A stretch of DNA of 64,000 nucleotides from the human T2T-CHM13v2.0 reference genome, Homo sapiens: NCBI RefSeq assembly GCF_009914755.1, contig NC_060931.1; one strand, 5' to 3'. How positions within the stretch are numbered: position 1 is the first letter of the stretch; the number at the start of each line of letters is the position of its first letter. Under the pieces are notes generated by a model. The model was not told where the DNA came from, did no database searches, and saw nothing but the letters and a program-made list of their open reading frames with translations. This document shows, piece after piece, positions 1 to 19,292 of the stretch. The position numbers and the translations under genes are program-made.

Positions 1-650
1 GCCTCCCGGCTTCAGGCGATTCTCCTGCTTCAGCCTCCCGAGTAGCTGGGATTACAGGCGCCTGCCACCACACCCGGCTAATTTTTGTATTTTTAGTAGA
101 GACGGGGTTTCACCATATTGGCCAGGCTGATCTCGAACTGCTGACCTCAGGTGATCCGCCTGCCTCAGCCTCCCAAAGTGTTGGGATTACAGGTGTGAGC
201 CACCGCACCAGGCCAGCATTTTTCTTTCTTTGTAAATTTTATTTTTCCCAGCTTTAAAATGACATAATTGACAAATAAAAATTTTATACATATATTTAAA
301 ATTATGTAAGTTCAAAGTATACAGTGTGATGTTCTGATATACGTATCTTAGCTGAGCATGGTGGCTTACACCTGTAATACCAGCTACTTGGGAGGCTGAG
401 GCGAGAGGATCACTTGAAGCCAGGAGGTCAAGGCCAGCTTGGGCAACATAGCAAGACATCGACTCTACAAAAACTTAAAAATAAATTCAAAAATTAGCTG
501 GGCATGGTGGTGTGGACCTGTCATCGCAGCACTTTGGGAGGCTGAGGCAGGAGTTGGAGGCTGCAGTGAGCTATGGTCACACCACTGCACTCCAGCCTGG
601 GCAACGGAGCGAACCCCATCTCTAGAAAAACTAAAAAATCAATTTAAAAA
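1..650. mobile_element. Two Alu elements in opposite orientation (1-213 minus; ~351-650 plus)
   Basis: Alu consensus motifs (cctcccaaagtg, ggaggctgagg, cactgcactccagcctggg) and A-rich tail. Confidence 0.9.
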
Positions 651-954
651 AAATGACATATGTGGATGACGCTAACAGGGAGCTGGGGAAGCCTGTGTAG
701 GATGGCGGTGTCTGGAGAGCGGTGGCCCCATGAAGCGCCATTTGGAGCTGGAGTGGAGGGAGCTGACTTGGAAGCAGGAAGATGGGCCAGGAGGCTGCTG
801 GCCTCAGCCTAGCAGAAATTGACCAGGGCCGCTCGGCACAGATGGAGAGCCGAGTGCAAATGCAGGTGTCAGTGGATCAGAGAAAGGGCTCCAAGCCAGT
901 GCTTTTGAAAACAATTCTGGGACCCTCATCACCCACCAGAGGTGATGTTCTTAT

Positions 955-1785
955 CTCCATTTTACAAATGGCAGTGCTGATCCCAGGAGAGGGTGAGTGA
1001 CCTGGTCAAGGCTGACGTTAGCACATGAGAGCTGGGATTCCAGCCTGGGGCTTCCTGCACCACGCTTTTGCTCCCTCGGACCCCTAGCTCTTGTCATGGC
1101 CACCCCAGCCCACCCCTCCTTTCCATCCCCTTTGATTGCACACAATAGCAGAGCCACTTTGTGCCAGATCAGATGATCTTACTGTCTGAGGGTATGGCCT
1201 TTTCTTTCTGTCACCGATGGGCTGAATAACCCTGAGTTTCTCTTCTCTGTCTCCGGAAAATTAGCCCTAGTCCTGGCCACCCCCTGGCTCAGGGTCACTG
1301 CTGAGGTCGTCAGAAGAGCATCAAGGCTTTTGCGTGTGTGGAACAGCACAGCAGGCTTTCTGAGCTTCACAGACTTGCTCACGGAGTCCTGATGTGAACA
1401 CGTGCTGGAGGACATGGTCGGGGGGAATGAGGGAGCGGCAGCCCACCAGAGCCTTAGAGCATCCTGAGGACACGGCCCCAGGATCCTTGGGAAGGGCTGT
1501 GAGATGTGCTGCCTGAACGTGCCCGGGGCGCACTGCAGACAGGGTAAAGCCGGGGGAGGTGCACCTTGCTTGGGGAGCAGACAGGAACCCCGGGTGCTGG
1601 GCCACTGGGCCCTGGAGCTTTCACAGGCCTGGAGTTGAATTACCGCTTCACCCACCCTGAGCCTCACTGCCTTGTCAAGGTGGATAGAAACCCTTGCGCA
1701 CTGCACAGGGTGGTGAGGATTAAACAAAATAAAATAGAAAGCTTCTTGAATGCTAGCCAGCATGCAGTAGGCACTCAGTAAGAAG
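955..1785. mobile_element. MIR fragments (~955-1050 and ~1655-1785)
   Basis: cattttacaaatg...gtgacctggtcaagg and ctgagcctca...gggtggtgaggattaaa resemble the MIR core. Confidence 0.55.
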
Positions 1786-2574
1786 TCATTCCCTTCGCCT
1801 GTTTTGTCTCTGACCTGTGGCCACTCACACCTGCTTTCACCTCCCCCTGCCTGTAGCCAGCTGTCTCCAGCAGCTGCCCTCCCCACGTGTTCATCAGAGT
1901 CCCTGTCCGCAGAGACAGCTGCTGGCTTCTGTCTGAGCTCCAGCAAACCACTTTCTGTTTTCACCAAAGACTGGCGTTTCCAACCATTAGCCCCATGCCA
2001 CAAGGCTCTGAAGGTCAAGAAATCTGGGTCCGCCTAGCAGAGCCCACTCTCCGTCCTGCCAGAGCAGGCTGCCCCCAGCTCTGCTGCCATCGTGCCTCTG
2101 TGCCTCAGCCGCCACCCCTTCTCTCGCCGTGGGCACCCATGACCCTGGAGCCTGGAGAACTTGGCAGTAGACGCTAGGTTCTGAAAGGGAGCTGGTCCAA
2201 AGCAGCTTCCCCATGTGTTGCTAAGGGCAGGGGACAGTCTCAGGAGAAATCGAGTCCACTGCAGAAAATCCAACCGGATTTGCAGTTTCCAGAAATGTTC
2301 CTCAGCGTCGCCTGTGACGGGAACAAAATGAACCGCACATCTCGGTTCATCTCGGTCCAAGTGACTCAGTGCTTTTCCCGCCCTCCCTCATCTTCCCCAC
2401 GCAGTGGACTACAGCTGACTTCTGATCCTGAACCCAGAAAGACTCCTGCTCCCAATTTAGGCGTGGAGAGCCTTAATTGGAACCTTTCATGCTCCGTTCT
2501 GGAGCCACGTGGTCTGTGTGCTCCAGGCCTGGGACAGCTGCCACCTCTGTACGGCTGGAGCCTTGGGCTTTCTG

Positions 2575-2880
2575 GTTTTGTTTGTTTTTTCTTGAGACAG
2601 GGTCTCACTCTGTCAACCAGGTTGGAGTGCAGTGGCACAATCTTGGCTCACTGCAACCTTCACCTCAGCCTTCAGGCTCAAGTGATCCTCCTACCTCAGC
2701 CTCCCAAGTAGCTGGGATCACAGACGCACACCTCTACACCCGGCTAATTTTTGTATTTTTGGTAGAGACAGGCTGTTTCGCCATGTTGCCCAGGCTGGCC
2801 TCAAACTCCTGAGCTATGGCGTCCACCCACCTCGGCCTCCCAAAGTGCTGTACTGGTGTGAGCCACTGCACTCCGCCGAG
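2575..2880 (-). mobile_element. Alu
   Basis: Poly-T followed by gagacagggtctcactctg...gagccactgcac. Confidence 0.9.
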
Positions 2881-5800
2881 CCTTGGGCTTTCGGATGGGC
2901 TGTTTGCACTCGGGAACCTCAGAAGGGTGCTCCCCAAGACAGAACATCACCACTGCAAACGGAGCCCACCTTGCCAGGCATTTCCCCAACTGCCCTGATG
3001 GGAGGGGAAGGTGTGTCTTTCATGGCACACAGGATGCTCCCCGCTGACATGGACCCAGTGTCTTAAGCTCTGTTTGCCCGCAATTCTTTTGTGTGGGGGA
3101 AGACAGGGACCAGACTTAATTTAATGTGATTGTGTGGCGCCCTGGCAGTGGGATCAGTGTGGCTTCCTTTATGGAGTGCAGCCCTGCCATAGCAACCTGC
3201 AGGCTGTCTTCTAGAGCCTAGAAGAGCTTTGTTCCGCAGACATGACTTCCTTTTTTTTTTTTAATGGGAAACGGGGAGGGCGTGGGGAGAAGGGCTCTGA
3301 TATAAACAGTTACCAAGGAGACCCGAGTCGGGGTTGGAAAGGTTTTCTCCTTCCCTCGGTCCATACAGAGGGAGGAGGGGTGTGTGCCCGGTGCAGGGAC
3401 TCATGGGAGGCTTCACTCTGGAATCCTGAGTCCTGCCTGCTGGGGCTCCAGATGTTGCAGAGTTCTTGGGCTCATGGGGGCAGACGCAGGCAGGAGCTCA
3501 GGGAAATTCCGAGAGGACTTTGGGGTGTCCAGGAGCACTTTGAGGCCACGGGCCCAGGCAACTTCCTCACCAGTACGGAACAGGGGATGCACAGGGCCGA
3601 ACTTTCCATCTGCTGGCCCCTGCTGGTGTCCAGGAGAGAGCTGTGACCCTCCTTTTTCCTTAAGTCCTGGAGCTGAGAGTGAGAAGCCATGGGGTGCACG
3701 TACTCGTCTCCACCTGAGGAGCCCGCTCTGAGAAGGTCAGTTCCTGACACTGTCCCTGGCGGCAGACTGCCCTCATGCCCCTTGGCCAGGGGACGCCTGC
3801 ACCCTCACTCGAGTGTGGGAGACTTCCTCCTGGTGGGGACCTGCTGGAGGCCTGAAGATGCGGCTGCCTGGAGTTAACAGCAAGGTCAGCCATTCCCAGG
3901 GTTGCTGCCCCTGTCTCTGGCGAGGGACTCAGCCAGGCCTAGGCACTGGTGGCCCCTCTGGTCCAGGACTTGCACGCTGCATTTCCCTGCTTCCAAAGGA
4001 AGGAATTTGGACTGGAGACCAGGAAGGCCTCATGCACCCTCTTCTCTGCCTATAAATAATCAGGTCCCCCATGCAAATCCAGGTCTGAGGTCCTCCGATG
4101 GAATGGAGCCCATTCAGAGCAGTCCAGTGTGGGCCCTCTCGGGCTAAGCCCGTGAACTTTGCTTCTTGGAGCCCCCAGCAGGGCCTTGGGTTGGGAAGGG
4201 AGTTTCCTGGCACCCTCCCCGGCAGGATGGGTTTAACCAGCAGGAACTTGAAGGAATTGTTCTGTGTTGCGCCGGTGACCTAGAGGCACAGGTCCGCCTC
4301 CAGCTCCTTGGGTTCCCTTTTCCCCCCTGGACCACTCACACTTCCTGGGTGAACCCTAGCCTTGGGGCAGAGCAGGCTGGCACACCTTGTCCACTCTGAC
4401 GTTCCAGCCCAGAGGCTCCCCTGTCCACTCCCAGGGCCAGCCAGCCTGGCATTCTGCTTTGTCCAACTGCGTCAGGAGGTCACATGGAAGCCCTCCTCCC
4501 CCGCCACTTGCCGGGCTTCTGGGATGGGAGCCGAGCTTGGAAGTTGCCATCCCTTGGCACCCCGCTTCCCGTGGGGCTGTCTCTCCAGGGGGCCGTTTTC
4601 TATTCCTGAGAAGACAGCCCAGCTCGTCCAAGAGGCCTTTCCCGGTTTCTTCAGCCATAAGCGTCTGCTCCCTTTGAAGCCCTGTGGCGTGAACCTGTCC
4701 TGTCCCATCCGTCCCTGTGGCGTGAACTGTGCCATCCATCTATGTGGTCTTAGCACATGCCACCTTGTGCCATGGATGTCTTTGAAATCACAGGCTGACC
4801 GCCTTCCAGGGAATGCCCTTTTTTCTACTGGGTGTTAACCAAGTTCCCCAGTCAGGCACTGGGGAGGCTGCAATAACCAGATGCAGCTCTTTAATAATAG
4901 TGTGGGCACGAGAGGGGCGGGGCCTGTGCAGTCCCGTGCCTGTCTAGTGTCAGAGCCAGGATTTAAAGCCAGGTCCGCCCTGCCACGTGGCTCTTCCCAT
5001 CTTGCTGGGATCCTCCTCGGAGGCTGTCTTCCCCTGGCTGGAGGATTGGGCCTGTGAAGTCACAGGTTGTCTCGTTCTAGTCTCATGCCCTCGGTGCCTG
5101 GCGCAGTGCCTCCCGTGCCCCCACCTGGCTGGCCTGTGTTACCCGCCAGGCACTCACGGGGCACTGGAGTTTGCTCTTGTCCTTTTCTTCAGCAAATCTT
5201 CAGATCCACTTTGTTGGAGATGGAACTTCCCTGGAAGCATCTGTCCTTTGAGTAGAGATAGGGGTTGGCTTTTCAGCTGATGCCAGGTCAGACCTCAGAG
5301 GTGGCTAGGGAGTGAGAAGTGCCCTCAACAGCCTCTTAGTCCGCCCCTGCCAGCCTCGTGCTGGACAGAGAACTCAGGGCTGGCCACCCTAGGAGGAGAC
5401 ACGGCGTCCTGTGCCGTGTGCTAGGCGTCGCGCTCATGGCAGGGATACACAGACAGCCCCCAAGGTTATTCAACCCAGGCTTCCAGTTAAGCCACAGGAA
5501 TGTGCAGAGTAAAGTGCCTTGGCCGACCAGTGTGTGTGCCACAGCGAAGACGGCGACAGTAGCGTTGCTGCGTGAGGGGCAGGGACGGCCTCTGGGAGAG
5601 GAAAGTTAAGTTCTGTGGTAAAGGATGAGTAGAAGGTGGGAAGGGGTCACAGGAAGGGCCTTGTAGGCCCAGGGAGCCGCGTGGAAATGTGAGTAGCTTA
5701 GCGTAGCCCAGAGAGGTGGGAAATGGGGCCGGGCCACTGCGGGAGGGGTGTTCAGAATCGGCCACTTTTCTCTTGTTTAAAATATCTGCTCTGCTGGGGT

Positions 5801-5914
5801 CCCCTTACTCAGGGTGTAGCTATTCTAATTATCCTTATTGTTGGAGGCTTCAAAATCAATCAGTCGGGCCCCACATGTACCACTTCTGTTTATTTATATC
5901 GGTTGGTTGGTTGA

Positions 5915-6903
<989 letters not shown>

Positions 6904-8056
6904 CAAAAATGTCATTTTAAATACAAAAATGTATTTTCATCTTCAGGTTTGTCACTTGATTCAGAATGGCCATATTTCAAATCTCCACCACCCAGAGGAA
7001 GGTGTTTCCCACCTTGCTGTATTCAGCCAGCGTTTTTCACCTCCTTCAGCTTGAAAGTCCTGGGCAAGGGGCACTGGGCTTGTTCCTCTGGCCCTGCAGG
7101 CTTGGGGCAAGGGTCAGAAGGAAACAGAAGAACGGAAAATGGGGCGGGGTGAGGGGTGGTGCGGGGGTAGAAGGCCAGAAGTGGACAGTGGACAGAAGAT
7201 TGTGTCACCCCAGCCTGATCCTGAGGCTGGCGGGCACCAGGCTGCCCTCTGGAGGGGATGGACCAAGGTGAGGGCTGTAGTCCCAGGAACGCAGAGAAGG
7301 GAAAAATGAAATGTGGCCCAGTGCAGGGGAAGCAGAGGGGGTCTTTGAATCCCAGGGGAGCTGACCCTTGCGCAGGACCTTGAGGGCAGAGCGGGGGTCA
7401 GCCAGGTGAGGGGACTGTGGCAGGAAGGCTCTGGGTGGAAGCGATGGCGTGCACAGGATTCTGAGGCCACCATGCAGGGAGGGGGTGTGAATTAGGCATC
7501 AAGCTTGGTTTGTGGAGGGGAGTGGCAGGTGACGCTGGAGACAGACTCTGAGGGGACTCATGTGCCCGGATCCCATGGGTCGTGGGAGCTGTTGAAGAGC
7601 GGAGCAGGGAAGTGGCAGATGTGAGAGGCAGGGGCTGGAGAAGGAAGAGGTGAAGAGGTGGAAGGTCAGGCTGAGGTCAGGCCGTGGGGACCTGGGCTGT
7701 GGGTGGGGAGGAAGAGGGAAGTGGAAACCTTGGCTCTTCCTTGAGGGAAACAAGCCCATATCTATCTGGGTGCAGGAGAGGTCTTGGCTTTGCAAAGCAC
7801 TGGTGTCGCAAGAGGCTTTACTGTAGGGGAAATGGGAAGGGTGAGCTGGTGCGGGAGGCCTGGGAGCCCTGGTGTTGGATTAGAGGCCAGCTGCTGGCTT
7901 AGCCCCTGGGGAGTGGCACGGGACAAAGCTGGAATGTCCCCTCCCTGTGCTGCCACAGCATCCCATGAAACCTGCATCTAAGGACACCCACGTCCCGTGA
8001 CACCTGTGTCCCATGACACCTGCCTCCCACGCTCATTGCACACTTTTGTCTTGCAG

Positions 8057-8105
8057 GACCTCCTCTGTCAGAGAGAGCAGCTTTGTGGAAAAGATGAAGA
8101 AAACG
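8057..8105 (+). CDS. POR: POR coding exon 3 (TSSVRESSFVEKMKKT)
   Basis: ttgcag| acceptor, |gtgagt donor; 49 nt; peptide matches human POR just after the membrane anchor. Confidence 0.96.
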
Positions 8106-8362
8106 GTGAGTTTCCTGCATGTCTTTACTCTTCTCAGGAAGCCTCGGCCCCGATGGGCATGTAATCAAGTCTAGCAGACGGCTGGCGTCACCGCATAGAG
8201 GATGTCCCGGTGGCCAGGAGAGGGAACGCAGCCCGGCTCGCTTGGGAGTCATTCTTGCCTAACCAAAGCCCTGAAGCAGCTCTGCTGTTGCTGGGACAGT
8301 TTGTTTCCTTGAATCTTTACTTTTTGAACAAACCAAAGTCTAAGAACAGACCCTCCCTCTAA

Positions 8363-12810
<4,448 letters not shown>

Positions 12811-12824
12811 CGTAAGTTTTATTT

Positions 12825-13710
<886 letters not shown>

Positions 13711-13896
13711 CCTGTTGTAAAATTTTATAATGAATATGTATTTAACCAGCAAAACACATCCAGAATGCCCCATTTAGGGACCCTCGGTATATTTCTTGCC
13801 AGTCTGTTTTCTTTGTGCCTGTGGGTATAGAAAGAAAATACATATGTATGTTTTGATATACATATCTATTATTTATATAACACAATTGGATTGTAT

Positions 13897-14810
<914 letters not shown>

Positions 14811-15107
14811 GGCTATACATTTGGTTACTTTTTTTAACTTTGTTTTTTCCCCGTGTCATGAAAATGTCAGAAGTGTGATCTTGAGCAGCCGCGTGTGTGA
14901 GATTGCCTTGGTGACCTTTGCCCTCCTTTGCCACAGTGGCTGTGACAGTGAGAAGCAAGTCCCAGAGGAACTTAGAAGGGACTCAAAGCCAGGAAGGAAA
15001 GGGGGCGGCCTGGAGGGCCCCCGCCTGCCAGGCCTGCCCAGTGGGTGTTCACCGGAGCCGTGGCTGAGGTCTGTGGCCCTCACCAACCCTGTGTCTGCCT
15101 TCCTTAG

Positions 15108-15236
15108 GGGAGGAACATCATCGTGTTCTACGGCTCCCAGACGGGGACTGCAGAGGAGTTTGCCAACCGCCTGTCCAAGGACGCCCACCGCTACGGGATG
15201 CGAGGCATGTCAGCGGACCCTGAGGAGTATGACCTG
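15108..15236 (+). CDS. POR: POR exon 4, FMN-binding domain (GRNIIVFYGSQTGTAEEFANRLSKDAHRYGMRGMSADPEEYDL)
   Basis: ccttag|...|gtaagc; 129 nt; flavodoxin phosphate-binding loop YGSQTGTAE. Confidence 0.98.
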
Positions 15237-15995
15237 GTAAGCTGCCACCGCGTGCTGGCCCCAGATGGAGGCAGTGGGTAGGACAGGGAGCAGGTCTGTA
15301 GGGCGCCCCTCAGCAGGGGGAGGCCGGCAGGGAGTGGGGTCCTGGGAAGACGTCCTCGGAAGTTGCCTTCCCGTGAGGGTCATTGCCATCCCTGCCCGGG
15401 CTGACTGACGGAAGGGCCATTCCTGCAGTTGCAGCCACGTGCCAGGCATCGTTTCCCCAGGACTGGCCCTCCCCTGAGTGCCGGCTGCCCTCCTGGCGGC
15501 CGCCACATCTCCCAAACCAAACCCACCCTCCCCAGCTGCTCCACTCCCCTCTCCTTCGAGGTCTTGGTGACGGGCACCACCCCACAGCCCTCTCCAGGCT
15601 GCATTTGCAGTTGATGAACAGTTTAGTTAGATATCAGTGTGCACCGGGGCTGTGCGGTGCCTGGGAGCTTTGGAATGAGGTTCCCAGGGTGGCCCCAGAC
15701 CTGCATCAGCTCAGGAGGCTGCATTCTGATGGCTCTTTTGTGCCAAGCTTCACTTTCCTCTAGAAACACATCCTCTCCGCTCCAGCCTAACACGGGTGAC
15801 CTTGTCCTGCCCACCTGGCACAAATGCCCATGCCCCAGCCCCTCCGTGTTGTTACTTCTCTCTGATCCCACGACACTCAGACATCCCTGGCCTGGTGCCA
15901 CCCTGGGCAGGACCTGGCCTTCCCCATCTGGTGCGGGTTGAACCTTGAACAGGCTCAGTCATGGCCGGGGCGCGGTCCTGTCCCTGTTTCTGCAG

Positions 15996-16145
15996 GCCGA
16001 CCTGAGCAGCCTGCCGGAGATCGACAACGCCCTGGTGGTTTTCTGCATGGCCACCTACGGTGAGGGAGACCCCACCGACAATGCCCAGGACTTCTACGAC
16101 TGGCTGCAGGAGACAGACGTGGATCTCTCTGGGGTCAAGTTCGCG
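15996..16145 (+). CDS. POR: POR exon 5 (ADLSSLPEIDNALVVFCMATYGEGDPTDNAQDFYDWLQETDVDLSGVKFA)
   Basis: ctgcag|...|gtgagt; 150 nt; ATYGEGD FMN motif; inside ORF 15945..16406. Confidence 0.98.
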
Positions 16146-16704
16146 GTGAGTCACCCAGAGACTGCTATGGGCTCCCGGTGGCCTGCGGTGCCTCCCTGGG
16201 GACTCCAGATCCATGTATCTGAAAGGCAGCCCTCCAGACCCCCACCCTGTCCTCAGCAGCCAGGGCAGGCCACTTGTGAGACCCTCTCCTCTGCCCCAGA
16301 CCCCAGCACTACGAGAATGTCCCCTCCCTGTCCCCAGCCCCAGTCGGCTCCAGGGGGCATTGGGTGCTGGAGACTAAAGGCAAGAAAGGTCTGGCTGGAC
16401 GACTGAGACCTGCCTGGCCTCGGAGAGCTGGAGCCCCAGCCCGGTGGGGAGGGTGGGCTGGCCCCGCTTCCCTGTGGGTTGAGGCTGGCAGTGGACGGGG
16501 CAGGCTGTGGGCTGCAGGTCAACCAGATGAAGCCTCTTCAGTGGCCCAGTGTTCCTTGCAGTGCGAGGCGCCTGGTGGAACGGAGGCCTGCAGGTGTTGC
16601 CAGCAGCTCAGCCAGTGCTGTGGGGCCTCCCGCCCTGCCCCCATGGCCCCTCCCACTGGTCAGGTCGAGGGCCAGGCCTCAGAGCGGCCCCTGTGTCCAC
16701 GCAG

Positions 16705-16829
16705 GTGTTTGGTCTTGGGAACAAGACCTACGAGCACTTCAATGCCATGGGCAAGTACGTGGACAAGCGGCTGGAGCAGCTCGGCGCCCAGCGCATCTTT
16801 GAGCTGGGGTTGGGCGACGACGATGGGAA
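16705..16829 (+). CDS. POR: POR exon 6 (VFGLGNKTYEHFNAMGKYVDKRLEQLGAQRIFELGLGDDDG)
   Basis: acgcag|...|gtgagt; 125 nt; FGLGNKTY FMN motif. Confidence 0.98.
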
Positions 16830-17173
16830 GTGAGTGCCCACCCTGCCACCATGATCAGCGCGGCGGGCTTAGGCAGGGGCCGTGGAACGTGAGGGGCGCG
16901 CACACCATTGTGTCAGCTGAGACTCAGCGACACGCACCTCCAACACAGAGGGAAGGGGCTCTCCTGCCTCTGCCCTGCCCCTGCCAGTTTTGCTTTTCGG
17001 CTTGCCCAACTCCCTGGAGCCTTCCTGATGCTCTGGGTTTATGTCGCTGGGTGCCCCAGGGTGCACAGTCCTGAGCTTTGGGGATGGGGTGGGGTCGGGG
17101 CATGCCTGGCACCAGGTACCGTTGCCACATGGGCCTCCCCTGAGCCGCTCCCCCTCTCCTCTCCTCGGCCCAG

Positions 17174-17263
17174 CTTGGAGGAGGACTTCATCACCTGGCG
17201 AGAGCAGTTCTGGCCGGCCGTGTGTGAACACTTTGGGGTGGAAGCCACTGGCGAGGAGTCCAG
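17174..17263 (+). CDS. POR: POR exon 7 (LEEDFITWREQFWPAVCEHFGVEATGEES)
   Basis: gcccag|...|gtgagc; 90 nt; frame continuous with exons 6 and 8; includes the hinge. Confidence 0.98.
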
Positions 17264-17880
17264 GTGAGCAAGTGCCCGCAGGTGCGGTGGGTGGCCTGGG
17301 CGGGTCCTGTGCCGAGGGCAGCCACCCTGGAACAAGGGCTGGCAGTGGGTCGCAGCAAGGTTAGAAGACACTCCGTCATAGGGTCGAGGAGGGACCTTGG
17401 TCCCAGCCAAGGACTCACTCTGCCACGTTGCTCTGCACTGCCCTGGGGCAGCGGGGTGCATCCCACCTCTCGACAAGGACACATCGCATCGGGCTCTGTG
17501 GCTAGGTTCAACTTTGGCAAAAGGGCTCATTTCCTTAAAATCTGCCTCCACAGACTTGGCCAAAAACATAACGTTCCTCTCTGTGCCCTTGATGGCCCCT
17601 GGGTGCTGCCCGGGCTTCCTTACCTTCTCCCAGATGGAAGCCTGCCCAGCCCTGCCCCGGCTTCTGGGCGTCTGGCCCCCGGCAGCTCCACGCTGCCTCC
17701 CTCCTTGCTCCCTCGCCTGCCCTCCTTGTGCATCTGCAGCAGGGGCTCCCCTGCTTCTTGTCGTATGTACCTGGGACCTCACCCCAAAGGCCATGCACGG
17801 TCTCCCCTGTAGTCCAACCCCTCCCTCTCGGGACTGACCCCTGCCGCTTCCCGGCCTCACCCTTGGTCTCCCCTTTCCAG

Positions 17881-17979
17881 CATTCGCCAGTACGAGCTTG
17901 TGGTCCACACCGACATAGATGCGGCCAAGGTGTACATGGGGGAGATGGGCCGGCTGAAGAGCTACGAGAACCAGAAGCC
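17881..17979 (+). CDS. POR: POR exon 8 (IRQYELVVHTDIDAAKVYMGEMGRLKSYENQK)
   Basis: ttccag|...|gtgagt; 99 nt. Confidence 0.98.
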
Positions 17980-18599
17980 GTGAGTGGAGGGAGCGTGGCT
18001 TGGGGCAGACGGCTCTATGGCCACTGGTGCACCCCAGGCTCAGTCTGCCGTGTATCCCCATATCCCCACAGGGCCCTTCTCACCAGACCCCGTGCCCCGA
18101 GTGGGTGTGAGTGTCCACGACCTGTCCACGGCCCGGCCCCAGGAGACTGGCACTCGCCCAGTTTGTACTGAGCTCACTTAGCCACCTTACTCTGCACTGC
18201 CCAGGGCAGCGGGGCACATCCCACTTCTCGACTAGGACAGTGCATTGGCCTCTGTGGCTAGGATCCTCTTTGGCAGAAGGGCTCATTTTCTTAGAATCTA
18301 TCTCCATAGATAGACTTGGGGGAGAAACCTGGCGTTCCTCTCTGTGCCCTTGATGGCCCCTGGTTGCTGCCCAGATTCCTGCCCGAGCCACCCAGGGAAG
18401 TCCTCGTGCCACTGCATCCAAGACCAGCTGCCCTGCTTTCTGTAGGCCTGCCCCAGCCTGGCTGGAGCGAGAAGCCCTGCATGTCGGTGGCTTTCCGGAG
18501 TGCAAGTTTCTCTCTTGTCCACGGTGTAGTCCAGGACGTGTGGGGGTGGGGGAGCTGTGCTCCTCATTTGGGGACCAGCCACCTTCCAGCCTGTGGCAC

Positions 18600-19131
<532 letters not shown>

Positions 19132-19175
19132 TCAAAGCCCCGGCCGCTCACTGTGCTTCTCTCCTCCCCACCCAG

Positions 19176-19292
19176 CCCCTTTGATGCCAAGAATCCGTTC
19201 CTGGCTGCAGTCACCACCAACCGGAAGCTGAACCAGGGAACCGAGCGCCACCTCATGCACCTGGAATTGGACATCTCGGACTCCAAAATCAG
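19176..19292 (+). CDS. POR: POR exon 9 (PFDAKNPFLAAVTTNRKLNQGTERHLMHLELDISDSKI)
   Basis: acccag|...|gtacca; 117 nt; start of FAD-binding domain. Confidence 0.98.

Noticed and set aside
1179-2018. 279-aa minus-strand ORF in POR intron 2
   Set aside because: No recognisable domain, runs through a MIR, composition typical of GC-rich non-coding DNA
17039-18061. 340-aa minus-strand ORF antisense to POR exons 7-8
   Set aside because: Stop-poor GC-rich shadow frame; G/R/P-rich with no homology I recognise
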